Notes: a model not told the origin generated them from the letters alone. A DNA stretch of 62,968 nt, filler included, from Octopus bimaculoides (GCF_001194135.2; 6 parts of 6 records of this genome joined end to end with filler, not necessarily neighbours in it); one strand, 5' to 3'. Shown: positions 1-11,798, counted from the first letter of the whole stretch. Numbers and translations are program-made.

Positions 1-98
1 TATAACAAAAGCTGTTACTCAGAGTTTCACGTTCAGTGACTGAGAACATGAAACTCTGAGTAACAGCTTTTGTTATATTTCTGCTGATTTTAAATAAA
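1..98. repeat. 34-bp inverted repeat (probable inverted PLE terminal segments) ending in AATAAA next to (TA)n
   Basis: 1-34 (TATAACAAAAGCTGTTACTCAGAGTTTCACGTTC) is the reverse complement of 44-77 with one mismatch (30/48). The loop is 9 nt. The right arm continues to AATAAA and then (TA)n. The PLE-terminus reading is an inference. Confidence 0.8.
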
Positions 99-136
<38 letters not shown>

Positions 137-138
137 AT

Positions 139-276
139 TAGGAAGAGCAGCCAGCTGTAGAAACCTTGCCAGATCAGATTAGAGCCTGGCACAGCCTTCT
201 CGCTTGCCAGTCCTCAGTCAAACTATCCAACCCATGCCAGCATGGAAAGCAGATATTAAACGACAATGATGATGAT

Positions 277-279
<3 letters not shown>
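139..279 (+). mobile_element. 3' tail of RTE-related LINE/SINE ending in (GAT)n
   Basis: TTAGGAAG..CAGCTGTAGAAACC..CCAACCCATGCCAGCATGG..GATGATGAT. The same tail occurs at about 7905-8105 (-), 9962-10410 (+) and 11940-12200 (+), and is attached to the RTE ORF end at 27860-28590 (-). Confidence 0.8.
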
Positions 280-308
<29 letters not shown>

Positions 309-429
309 ATGCAGGAGTCGCTGTGTGGCAAGAGGTTTGCTTTAATTCAAACTAAACACAGAGCACTAAACACAATGCAAAATTATACCGAGAAACTATG
401 AAACCATGACAAAACTTCTATTAGAAATT

Positions 430-1160
430 ACCTCCATCTAGAAAGGATAAATGTCTAGGTGCAAGTGGTTAAGCAAAATCAACATTTCCATACCATGTTA
501 AAGAATGTTTGGGTCCTATCAACTATTTTGTATGGTAGTGCACGCTATTTGCATGCGGTTGTCTCTGCTTCCTGAATTTCCATCAGAACAGAATTTTTCC
601 TGATCCTTGACGTGAATAAATGGAAATACTGAAAGGAGAAACTCTCAATGATGTTTACTGCTAGAATTGAATAAATCATCCTTTTGAAACCATCCACAAG
701 TTTTCTGATTACTTGGTGTACAACTTAGAAGTAGTAACCATTGAGAGAAACGTGAATGAATTTTGACAATTATGGATTAGATGATGTGGGGGATAATGTG
801 GCTGTCGTATTTAATCTGGAATGCTAATGATATTGAGACATGAATAACTGATTTTAATGTTGTGTCTGTTGAAGATCTTATTGTTTTTGTGTGAGGTGGG
901 AAATGCTGTCTTATTAGTGTTTAAAATTTCCTGGTTGTTTTCATAGGGACTACAATACCCTTCCTAATTTGATTCTGCAGTGTTGTGGAGAAAGCATTGT
1001 CCATATAAACTAATTTTCTACTGAAGCCACTCCCTATATATGAACACTTGTTCAAGACACAAGATTCTGAAGGCATAGTTGGAACTTTTAGCAATATAAA
1101 TGTTGTCCTCATATGAATCCCATTGACAATACCTGTAGACAGACTTCAACAGTTACACTG
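430..1160 (-). mobile_element. Decayed Naiad-like Penelope element fragment (RT thumb/linker to GIY-YIG)
   Basis: The minus strand reads ..[30 protein letters not shown].. (plus 839-879 for [14 protein letters not shown]), then a degenerate LNG..VVHQ. This matches the KHF....RIFNRRTLKINYSC..CPLEGKC segment of the PLE at 55345-56680. Many stops and frameshifts; boundaries approximate. Confidence 0.7.
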
Positions 1161-1555
1161 GAGTGGTGGGGGAATGTATATGGTCAGGTTTTAGCAACTC
1201 TGCAGTTTGGTCTGGAAAGCAATGTTGTCAATGCATGAGAATGTCACTCGTGTTGTGTGCATATATGTGTGTGTGTGTGAGTGTGTGTATATGTGTGTGT
1301 GAATATGTGTACTTGTGTGTGAGTGTGTGTGTGTGTATGTGTGTGCATGAGCACATGTGTGGGTGTGTGGGATGCGTGCATGAGCATATTTGTGTGCACA
1401 AGTGTGTGTGATACATTGAAACTATTGCAATTGTTTGATTGCAACCAAGTGAGAGGAAGTACTCAATAACACGAAGTAGAGCAGAGTACTTTTTTCAAAG
1501 GTGAGGCTGTGAGAGATGCTATTCAGAGTTTCCCATTCCTAAAATTGTATGTGTA

Positions 1556-1632
<77 letters not shown>

Positions 1633-2024
1633 ATACACACAGAGGGACATGCACATGCATGTGTATGCATGTATGCGCAAATATACAGACATGTATGTGT
1701 GTGCGAGCATGTGTGCATGTGTGTACATTTGTAGACATTGCTTGGGGAGTTTTATACAGTGTTTCCATTGAAGCAGGAAACATGTAAAAAAACAACAACA
1801 ACAACAAGTAAATACATCACATTCAGACTTTTATAGAGAGGAGAGCATGAACATTCATTGCAACAGTGGGCTGTAGATCAGAGAAACGAAAATCATGACA
1901 GATTTTAAGGAGATAGAAAGTGAAAGAAATAATGCAACATGAATAAATATGATTATATGATCAATTCCTCTTCAGTAGACAAAAATCAAAAGTACCATTT
2001 CTTTTAGATGCATGATTTCAATCA

Positions 2025-2095
2025 TTGTGTAGAAAATTATCTATCTATCCATCGAGTCATCCATCCATCCATCCATCTATTTATCTATCTATCTG

Positions 2096-2129
<34 letters not shown>

Positions 2130-2175
2130 CATCCATTGATTCATCCATCCATCCATTTATCTATCTATCCATCTA

Positions 2176-2207
<32 letters not shown>

Positions 2208-2213
2208 CATCTA

Positions 2214-2257
<44 letters not shown>

Positions 2258-2431
2258 CATCTATATCTATCTATCTATCCATCTATATCTATCTATCTAT
2301 CTATCCATCTATATCTATCTATCTATCTATCTATCCATCTATATCTATCTATCTATCCATCTATATCTATCTATCTATCCATCTATATCTATCTATCTAT
2401 CTATCTATCTATCCATCTATATCTATCTATC

Positions 2432-2462
<31 letters not shown>

Positions 2463-2560
2463 CTATCTATCTATCTATCTATCTATCCACCTATCTATCT
2501 ATCCATCTACCCACCTATCCATCCATCTATATCTGTAAGTCTGTCTGTGTATTTGTATAT
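2025..2560 (+). repeat. Compound (TCTA)n/(TCCA)n microsatellite with higher-order periodicity
   Basis: About 500 bp of ATCT units interrupted roughly ten times by the same CCATCTATAT motif. Confidence 0.95.
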
Positions 2561-2697
2561 ATACACACACACACACATAAAGAGTGTCTGTGTTTGTTTA
2601 TTTATTTGAAAGTGCTCACTGATTTGAAAGTGTGATGTTCAAGCAGTGTTGTTGTTAGCACTTTCCCACCTTAATAACATGCCTGGGCACATATATA

Positions 2698-3598
2698 CAC
2701 GAGGTGGTATCAAAAAGTACTGGACTAGTTCTCTAGCACACCAACAGATGGCAGCACACACTTGTGCATACAGTGAGAGGTAACAGTGACCTTCATAATG
2801 CAGTGTGCTGAGTGACATTGCTGTGTTTACTTTGCAAATTGTGAAATTTGTGTTTTTGTGATCATGTGTATGCAGTGATCTGTGATTTTGCCATAGACAA
2901 GAACAAAGAGCTAACATGAAATCTTGTCTTAAACTTGAGAAGTCTGCTACAGAGACATTGAGAATGCTTCGGCAAGCTTACGGTGATGAGGCAATGGGTC
3001 GCATACAATGTTTCGAGTCACACAGGAACTTCAAAAGTGGAAGAATGTCCCTGGAAGACAATGAGTGATTTGGAAGATCTGCCATAAGTGTCACTGCTGG
3101 ATATATGGTATTGTGCATCACAAATTCATTCCTGAGGGTCAGACATCAATCGAGAGTTCTACTGCGATGTTTTAAAGTGTTTGAGGGAGGACATTTAGCA
3201 GACGCAACCGGATCTGTAAAGCATAAAGAAGTGGGTTCTTCACTGATGTTTCCTCACTTGTGAGTTTCTCACCAAAAACAACATGGCATCGCTCCTGCAC
3301 CTGCCCTATTCCCCAGATTTAGCACCCATGGACTTCCATCTCTTCGGCAAGATGAAAATGCAGCTCAAAAGTCACCGTTTAAAAACTGTTATCGAGATCT
3401 GGAGCAAATTGCAGAATATTCTCAACTCACTTCTGAAAAACAACTTCCAAGGCTGGATTCCATAAGTGACAGGAATGCTGGGACTGGTGTATTGCTGTGC
3501 AAGGTGATTATTTTGAAGGAGATGATGTTAAAACTTAGGTAAATAAGTTATTTTTTATTAAACATAACGAGTCTGGAACTTTTTGATATCACCTCATA
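2698..3598 (+). mobile_element. Internally deleted, pseudogenised mariner DNA transposon with both TIRs
   Basis: Left TIR CACGAGGTGGTATCAAAAAGTACTGGACTAGT matches the reverse complement of the right end (TATGAGGTGATATCAAAAAGTTCCAGACTCGT), with TA flanks. Transposase remnants: MKSCLKLEKSATETLRMLRQAYGDEAMGRIQCFESHRNFKSGRMSLEDNE*FGR (2916-3080), DIYGIVHHKFIPEGQT..REFYCDVL, and the mariner signature LPYSPDLAPMDFHLF (about 3300-3345). Confidence 0.93.
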
Positions 3599-3871
3599 TA
3601 TATACATACATATATACATATATATATTTATATATATATATACTCGACTCTGTCGATCACGAATGGCTATGGGTGCACCTAAGAGGTTTCCGTCCAGAGT
3701 ACAAGTCTGGATGGAAAGTTGCCTCACCGGCAAACGCACAACCTAGAGTTTTCTTTTTTTTTTTTTTATGGAAGACCAGCAGTTACCCATGCATACCAGC
3801 CCCCACCCCTCTCCACACCACCGATGTTATCCAAGGGAATTATTTTACACCGAGGTTACGAGGTCTTTTAC

Positions 3872-3934
3872 AAAATATTTACTGTATGCTAAAAATATAT
3901 ACTGTATGCTAAAATATTTACTTGTATGCTAAAA
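3872..3934 (+). repeat. 3 x ~20-bp tandem repeat AAAATATTTACTGTATGCT
   Basis: Units at 3872-3890, 3891-3910 and 3911-3930 with 1-2 differences each. Confidence 0.9.
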
Positions 3935-4189
3935 GAAATTTTTATAATGGCAGTCACTTAAAAATAATTTTATAAAAACATTACAATAGTGTCTGTTTAA
4001 AGAAAGCTAAAATATAAATACTTACTGTACAAAAAACTTACATTTTAGAAATCACATTCACTTAAAAAATATTTCTAAATGATTAAAATATTGTGTTTAA
4101 CAAAAGCAAAAATAGATACATTTACTGTAAAAAACAAATCGCATATTTTTGTTGTCAAGTCACTGTGTCTAATCGAAAGGTAAGAGTGT

Positions 4190-4438
4190 CTTCCCTTTCA
4201 GGGTTAAGTTTAATTTTCCCATAATGCACCATTTTGGGTATTTATACTCCGAAAACCCCTAATATCTTCACAACCACTTGTCTAACTTATGCAAAATTTG
4301 TTTTATTTCACTCATATTTACATTTCAGGGGGAGTTTAGTTCAGAGTATTTTCCCATTATGCACCAGTTTGGCTGGGTAGCTTTGCAAGCAAGCAAACAA
4401 GATTCAAGCTTACGTTTAATGTATTATAGATAGATATA
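4190..4438 (-). mobile_element. Possible 5' end of a non-autonomous Helitron
   Basis: The minus strand starts TCTATAATACATTAAACGTAAGCTTGAATCTTGTTTGCTTGCTTGC, a TC start followed by a short tetranucleotide repeat as in invertebrate Helitron 5' ends. Internal imperfect duplication (TTTTCCCAT.ATGCACCA.TTTGG at about 4216 and 4348). No CTRR 3' end found. Confidence 0.35.
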
Positions 4439-4674
4439 TAACAGTAAAATCCAAGGATGCATTTTGATTGAATCCCTTGTGAGTTAACACAGGATCTTCT
4501 AATGACAATGTAAACTTCATATAATCAAGCTATCCTTGGCCTGAAGAGTAGCTTGTGGCCTATGCATCATTTGAATAATTACTACTTCTGAGGTTCTGTT
4601 AGCTATGAAACGTATGTAGCCTGGATTTTATCAACTCCTTTCCCTACCTTTTGGATATATTTTTTTACTTTTAT

Positions 4675-4858
4675 TCTTTTACTTGTTTCAAGTCATTTGA
4701 TTGTGGCCATGCTGAAGCACTGCCTTTAGTCAAACAAATCGACCCCAGGACTTATTCTTTGTAAGCCTAGTACTTATTCTATTGGTCTCTTTTGCTGAAC
4801 TGCTAAGTTACAGGGATGCAAGCACACCAACATTGGTTGTCAAGGGGGACACACACAG

Positions 4859-4865
<7 letters not shown>
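4675..4865 (-). mobile_element. tRNA-derived SINE family 1, 3' half
   Basis: Reverse complement of the GAATAAGTACTAGGCTTACAAAGAATAAGTCCTGGGGTCGAT..CAGCATGGCC..CAAATGACTGAAACAAGT tail seen in the full copies at 6312 and 56864. Confidence 0.9.
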
Positions 4866-4897
<32 letters not shown>

Positions 4898-4899
4898 TA

Positions 4900-4944
4900 A
4901 ACCTCATGAGTGGTTTTGGTAGATGGAAACTGAAAGAAACCCAT

Positions 4945-4983
<39 letters not shown>

Positions 4984-5190
4984 TTGTGTTTGTGTCTGTG
5001 CTTGTCCCCCCCTCCACCATTGCTTGACAACTGATGTTGGTGTGTTTAAGTCCTCGTAACTTAGTTGTTCAGCAAAAGAGACCAATAGAATAAGTACTAG
5101 GCTTACAAAGAATAAGTCCCGGGGTTGATTTGTTCCACAGTGCTCCAGCATGGCTGTCATCAAATGACTGAAACTAGTAAAAGAATATAA
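4900..5190 (+). mobile_element. tRNA-derived SINE family 1, 5'-truncated
   Basis: GGTAGATGGAAACTGAAAGAAACCCATCG-(TA)n-TTGACAACTGATGTTGGTG..GAATAAGTACTAGGCTTACAAAG..ATGACTGAAAC. Confidence 0.9.
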
Positions 5191-5807
5191 AGGTTTACGG
5201 TCATAATTTTTTGACTGTGTGTAAACACATGGCCTAATGGACAGGGTCTTGCATCCATGGTTGGAAGAACATAACTTTGATTCCCAGACTAAACGAAGTG
5301 TTGTGTTTTGGAGTGCAATATTTCTTTGCTCCAGTCCACTCAGCTGTAAATGAGAACCTGCTAGGTACTGGCATTCCATTTAATGGGGGATGTTGTGATA
5401 CCAGTCACCTATACGCATGGGAACCAAGTAACCAATACTATCTGTTCTAGAACTCAAGGCAGTAATGTCCAGTACATTATTTACATTATTTACATTCGAC
5501 AGATATTTGTCCTAATCTTGTTTGTTGTTAACACAATGCTTCAGCTGATATACCCTGCAGCCTTCTTCAGGTGTCTTGGGGAAATTTCAAACCTGGGTTC
5601 TCATTCCTAAGGTATTTTTCAATGTTATTATTATTATTGTTGTTGTTATTGTTTTTGTTATTAGTGTTCAGGTCACTGCTTGGAATCGAACTCAGAATCT
5701 TGGGGTTAGTAGCCTGCGCTCTTAACCACTACGTCATATTCCTGTGGGCATATGTCCAGTGTTTGATGATGATGATGATGGTAATGATGATTTATAGATG
5801 CAAGCAT

Positions 5808-6000
5808 AGCTGTGTGGTTAACAAGTCCACTTTTCAGTCATGTAGTTCTGGGTCCAGTCTCACTGCACAGCACCTTGAGCAAATGCCTTCTACTATAGCC
5901 CCAGGCTAACCAATGGTTTGTGAGTGAACTTGGTACACAGAGAGTGTGGAAGCCTATTGTGTGCGCATTTGTGTGTGTGTTTGTCCGCCGTCACCGCCAC
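5808..6000 (+). mobile_element. SINE family 1, diverged 5' part
   Basis: GCTGTGTGGTTAA..GGGTCCAGTCTCACTGCACAGCACCTTGAGCAAATGCCTTCTACTATAGCC matches the head of the 6312 copy. Confidence 0.75.
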
Positions 6001-6311
6001 CAGAACCACCACCACCACCACTCAAGGTGGTTTAGTCAATAGTGGCTGCAGTGAAAGGTAAACATAGAAAGGTTATATTCTAAACACTGGCTTCAGATGT
6101 GAAATAATGGAAAAGTTATTTTATTAAATGCAATCGAAGCCTTTATTGTTTTTTGAAAATTAATAGAGACACACAGGTTATCAATTTCATATGAAAGAAA
6201 GCCACAAAAAAACAAAAAAAATAGTTAAAGAATAAAACACAAAGTCACCTCCTGTCAGGATTTGAACTCCAATCAATGAAACATCAATGGAAAGGTTCAA
6301 TAAAGGCTATA

Positions 6312-6726
6312 GGCACAGGAGTGGCTGTGTGGTAAGTAGCTTGCTTACCAACCACATGGTTCCGGGTTCAGTCCAACTGCGTGGCACCTTGGGCAAGTGT
6401 CTTCTACTATAGCTTTGGGCCAACCAAAGCCTTGTGAGTGGATTTGGTAGTCGGAAACTGAAAGAAACCCATCGTATATATATGTATATGTATATATATT
6501 TATGTGTGTGTATGTTTGTGTGTCTGTGTTTGTCCCCCCCCCCCACAACATTGTTTGACAACCGATGTTGGTGTGTTTACGTCCCCGTAACTTAGCAGTT
6601 CGGCAAAAGAGACCGATAGAATAAGTGCTAAGCTTACAAAGAATAAGTCCTGGGGTCGACTTGCCCATCTAAAGGCGGTGCTCCAGCATGGCCACAGTCA
6701 AATGACAAACAAGTAAAAGAGTAAAG
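6312..6726 (+). mobile_element. Full-length tRNA-derived SINE family 1 (octopus OK/OR-type; family name from memory)
   Basis: tRNA-like head with A-box (TGGCTGTGTGG) and B-box-like GGTTCAGTCC, internal (TA)/(TG) tract, and conserved tail ending AAGTAAAAGAGTAAAG. Nearly collinear with 56864-57272. Confidence 0.92.
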
Positions 6727-6919
6727 TATTTAGACGAGTGATTTGTTGAACCAACCATAAATGAAGACGTGTGGCTATGTGGTTAGGGCATTCAGCTCAG
6801 AATCGTAGGGTCATGTGTTCAATTCCTGGTGGCACATTGTGTCCTTGAGCATGATGCTTTATTCCACATAACCGATGGAATGCCTGTTTTTGTTGAACGA
6901 ACCAATCCCTAATCTTTCT

Positions 6920-7085
6920 GATCCTGGTATAAGGCCAGTAATTTTGAGGGTAAGTGAAAGGTGGTTACATTAACCCCAGTCCCTGGTACTGAATTTATTG
7001 ACCCTAAAAGGATGAAAGGCAAAGCTGACCTTGATAGTATTTGAACTCAGAATGTAAAGAGCCAGAAAAAATGCTATTAGTGCAT
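6920..7085 (-). mobile_element. tRNA-derived SINE family 2 fragment
   Basis: GGATGAAAGGCAAAG.TGACC..ATTTGAACTCAGAA.GTAAAG core. Also at 28665-28865 (+), 29715-29925 (-), 31260-31530 (-, two pieces) and 49660-49865 (-). Confidence 0.85.
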
Positions 7086-8279
7086 AAATCAAAACAATAA
7101 AATCACTAATGAATAATGAAATTTATGTAAATATGTCTTTTCTTTCGCCAAAATTAATAAATTATGTATCACTAACTTTCTCTATTTTGCCAGATCGATC
7201 ATTTTTCTTTACAAAAACAAAAAAAAAAGTTCTTGTGTCCAAAGCATTTAATATATCGATGCATGTGTATTTGCATGTGTGTGCATACACATGTGCACAA
7301 ATGAGGCAAGATCATCTTACAGCTGTTTAAATATTCATAATCGAATACCATAAAAATACGAAGAGGATTTTGCAGATATCTAAAATGCAGCGACTTTCGA
7401 CGTTTTCTGTGAGTCTAATCATCTTACTTTGATAATAAATTCATAAATGGATAAATATGGTGCCAGAGATTACATTCTAACATCTACCATATTTGATGTC
7501 ATATGGAATGTCATGTATTATAATTGTGAAAGGAAAATTAAGCAAGAGTGTAATGGAAAAGCAGTAATGTTTATAAAAAGGTAGCCTAAGATGGACTTAG
7601 AAACCAAAGCAAAATAACAAAAAAAATGTCATTATCATACAAGGTGTAAGCTGATTTTGGAATCATTTTATGAGGGGAAAAAACATGCAACATTATTCCC
7701 CTATGAATATTAGTAATAAATATTGTGGATTGATGGATGGATGCATATAGATAGGAAAGAAGGCACAGGTAAGGCTGTATGGTTAAAAAGTTTGCCCTGG
7801 AATCATTTCATTACAGGTTTGGTCCCATTATATGAATGCTATTGGCTGGTGTCTTTTTTACTATAACGAAATTGGTAGGCAGAAACTGAATGAAGCTCAT
7901 CATCATCATCAACATCATTGTCATCAGCATTTAATGTCTTCTTTTCTATGCTGGCATGGGTTGGACAGTTTGACAAGAACCGACGAGCCAAAGGGCTCTG
8001 CTAGGTTCTATGTCTGCTTTGGCATGGTTTTTGCAGCTGGATGCCCTTCCTAATGCCAACCACTTAACAAAGTGTACTGGGTGCTTTTTACATAGCACTG
8101 AAACTGGTGAGATCACGAAGTACCTCCAAGATAAGACCCTGGAGGAATAAAAAACTATGATAGAAGGAGGGGAGTAGGTGATTTGCTGAAGAGGTGAATA
8201 CATGGGTTACCTACCTAGAAAGTGAGATGAAAAAGAGAGAAAGAGAGAGATGTGTGATCCAGCATCATATAGATATATG

Positions 8280-8316
<37 letters not shown>

Positions 8317-9409
8317 TTAAATAAAAACAAAATTTAAATACATGCTACAAAATCTACTACATGCTCTGATAGAACAATATAATCTATTACATGCAACTAC
8401 ATGTGCCAGTTGTACAATAGATGAGCTTGTATAGCATGCTCTGTACTGTCCAGCAGTCTTTCAGATTTAAAATAAAACATGGCTGTTCTCTGAGAAAAAC
8501 CAAAAAATGAGAGAAAAATATGAGAAAAGGAGAGAATGGAGAGAAAATGTGAGAAAGAAGGCAGAATGAATAGAATGCTGAACAAAACCCATAACCATAT
8601 CTAGTCCCATCTCTTTTTGAAAACCCACAGGGGTCAAATTTGCCCTTTGTTCTGCCATAGTAAATAAAATAAAATACCAATCCAGTTAATTTAGCTCAAT
8701 ACAGTTGATAGGATATAATGTACCAAATTTGTGGCCTTGTGCTTACATTAAATATCATCCATATAAAGTAATTAGCTTTGAATGCTTATTCATTGTCAAG
8801 CTCAGGAGATAGAGTCAATGAAGGAGTGGGGTGAGAGCAGAAGTAAAATGAAAGTGGGAGGAAGTCTAAGATGTTTATCTGTTTGACTTGATCAGAGGAA
8901 CAAACGGAAAAAGAGCGAGAGTGAAATTTAAAATGACAGTAGGTTGATATAAGAGGTGTAAGAAGGAACGACAAGCATAATTGACAGTTTAATTTATATG
9001 TAGAGAAAAGATAGCAATAGAGTGATTTACATGATTGAAGCAGGATAACATGAATTAATTTGAATAAATGAAATGAAAATGAGCCGAAGAAAATAACTCG
9101 GTGGTTAATGGTATGTATAGGAACATCAAACACATAAGGATGAATTAAGCAGAATACAAGATAAATTTTTGATTAATTGAAAATATCTCCCACTTCAGAG
9201 TTTAATCATTTGGCAGTAATAAGTAGCAACTCCAAATAAAAAGGGAAGATAAGACACTTGGATATATACAAAAGAAAGAAGTGAAGAAACTTTTCAATAA
9301 ATCTAGAATTAATCTTGCATATTATTTAACCTTCTGCCTGTCCAAAGCATTTTCATAAGTTTGTCCTAAATGTCCATACTTCTTTTCAGACTTTTAGCTA
9401 ACCCATGCT

Positions 9410-9619
9410 TCATATCTTTTATCTTCTATTTGTTCCAGTCATTAGACAGCAGCCATGCTGGAGCAATGCCTGCAAGAATTTTAGTATTTTTAAGCCTGAT
9501 GATGTATCAGCTTCTTTGGCTGAATTGCTAAGTTATGGAGACTATAAACACACCCACACAGGCTGTCAAGCAGTGGTGGGGAGGGGCAAACACAGTCACA
9601 AAGACACTCACACACACAT

Positions 9620-9660
<41 letters not shown>

Positions 9661-9760
9661 ACAGGCTTCCTTTAAGTTTCCATCAACCAAATACACTCAC
9701 AAGGCTTTTGGTTGGCCCGAGGCAATAGTAGAAGACACTTACTCAAAGTGTCACACAATG
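9410..9760 (-). mobile_element. SINE family 1 copy
   Basis: Reverse complement of the tail (GCAGCCATGCTGGAGCA) and of the head (ACTCACAAGGCTTTTGGTTGGCCCGAGGCAATAGTAGAAGACAC). Confidence 0.85.
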
Positions 9761-9961
9761 GCAATGTATGTTCTGTGTAATATAAAGTTTTTCTTTCATA
9801 ACTCTCAAGTTGCTCTGTTGACTCAAAAAGTTGGGAATGTGTACCACATAGGATGCAAGAATACCAAGGGAATATATCTGGCATGTCACGTTCGGAAGAC
9901 AAGACGGGCAAAATAAGGCCTGTTGGGGCAATTGAAACCGAAATCGTGATTGAACCAAATT

Positions 9962-10410
9962 CGATGCCTGGCACCTGTGCCAGTGGGGCTCTAGGAGCAC
10001 CGTCTGAGCGTGATCATTGCCAGAGCAGCTGCCTGGCTTCCATGTCAATGGCACGTAAATAGCACCATTTGAGTGTGATCGTTACTAGTGTTGCCTTACT
10101 GGCACATGAAAAAAACATTCAAGCAAGGTTGTTGCCAGTGCTGCTGGACTGGCCCCTGTGCAGGAGGCACGTAAAAAACACCATTTTGAGCGTGGTCGTT
10201 GCCAGTACCGCCTGACTGTCCCTTGTGCCGGTGGCACGTAAAAGCACCCACTACACTCTTGGAGTGGTTGGCGTTAGGAAGGGCATCCAGCTGTAGAAAC
10301 TCTGCCAGATCAGATTGGAGCCTGGTGCAGCCATCTGGTTCGCCAGTCCTCAGTCAAATCGTCCAACCCATGCTAGCATGAAAGGCAGACGTTAAACGAT
10401 GATGATGTTG
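9962..10410 (+). mobile_element. RTE-related 3' UTR/tail with four internal GGCACGTAAAA-containing subrepeats
   Basis: GGCAC(G/A)T(A/G)AA motif at about 10051, 10101, 10167 and 10233, then GTTAGGAAGGGCATCCAGCTGTAGAAAC..CCATGCTAGCATG..GATGATGAT. Confidence 0.85.
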
Positions 10411-11245
10411 TTGTTGTTCAAGTGTATGCCACTAGCCACTCTGAATTTATTTCTCTTAGCTTATTCCATATCATTTATGCAAATTACTGCAGTCCATGTG
10501 TTCTACTCGCTTTGGCATATGTCTAATGTTTCATCTGCAGAAGATAAAACAGAACAGCTAAGTGCCACAAGAGTGATCTCTCTAAAAACTGTTTCTTTAA
10601 GATTCCCCACTTCAATGAGAAGACCACCTCTGCCATCTATAAGGATATCTGCACAGAAGGACTTGACATTTGGTCAGCCCATTCAGGACCGTCCCTATGT
10701 AAACACCCATCAATAAGGCGGTCATCTACAGTACAGCAGCTCTGCACACTAACGAACTGCCCCGTTTGTGACAATAACAATTGCTAACGAATATGTGTAA
10801 TATACCAAATACGATATTCTAAAAGCAACAACCACTACATAGGTAGCACAGCACAACCACTCCATGTCTGAATTACGGAGCATCTCACTGCTAATGCGCT
10901 CACCTTCCACAAACACCTGACCAGAGTGGCAACACCACCAAGGAGACAGACACCTCCATACTTGCTTCGGAGTGGAACACCAGCAGTTTACTTACAAAAG
11001 AGGTTCTACTGGTCCACTGCCTTAACCCCAAAGTTAACACTCAATTGGAGTTGAGCCAGTGGCTCCTATGACCGCATTACAGCAACAGTGACCAATACCA
11101 TCCAATAGAGGGTGAATGGCCAACAACAACAGCTGGAGGTTTGTTTACATCAACACTCGGACAGCTGGTAACACTTGGAGGGTGACTGCTACTACTACTA
11201 ATACTAATATAACACTGTCACATCACAGATGGTAATGGCTTACAA

Positions 11246-11536
11246 TAGTAGTTCCCAAAGTGGGCAGTACTGCCCCCTTCAGGGCAGTGGAAAGATCCAG
11301 CGGGGTATTGAAAAAAAGTTGGATGATTATGGGGTGACCAAAATGGGATGATAGATGTAAAAACAAAAAATATTAATAGGCTAATTAGGTTTGAACCTAA
11401 TTAATTTCTGGAATACAGTTGTTTTGAATTTGCTGCAGAAAGCGGTCTATATTTGTGGTGGCGAGGGGTAGGGGGAGCTAGAAATGTGGTCTGGGTGCCA
11501 AGGGGACAGCAGCTTGTAAAAGTTTGGGAACTACTG
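11246..11536. mobile_element. hAT-like MITE (291 bp)
   Basis: Left TIR TAGTAGTTCCCAAAG; the right end GTTTGGGAACTACTG reverse-complements to CAGTAGTTCCCAAAC. Flanks GCTTACAA and GCTACAAC form an 8-bp TSD with one indel. Confidence 0.75.
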
Positions 11537-11601
11537 GCTACAACAACAGTTAGAAATTTGTTTACACCAATGCTCGGACAGCTGGTAACATTTGATAGGT
11601 G

Positions 11602-11636
<35 letters not shown>

Positions 11637-11798
11637 AAGTGCTATTAAGATAATGCTGTCACATCATCCTACAGATGGTGAGTAGCTTAAAGCAAGAGAT
11701 GGAGAATTAATTAGAGTAACTGCTGCTGTTATATAATGCTAGGGGATTTGAATGGGTTAACGGAACCTGCATAACTGGATATTTCCCAGACTGTTTTT

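Noticed and set aside
6312-6400. tRNA gene
   Set aside because: This is the tRNA-derived head of a multicopy SINE. No cloverleaf or poly-T terminator.
7395-7435. Minus-strand ATGA..GTCGAAAG hammerhead-like string
   Set aside because: The CUG of the core is absent and stems I/III cannot be formed.
8467-8680. Minus-strand ORFs with a possible acceptor (..TACTATGGCAG|), including GFSKRDG
   Set aside because: No recognisable domain, no clear donor, and no repeated neuropeptide pattern.
9780-9920. Short open frame SQVALLTQKVGNVYHIGCKNTKG upstream of the PLE
   Set aside because: No RT motif could be aligned.
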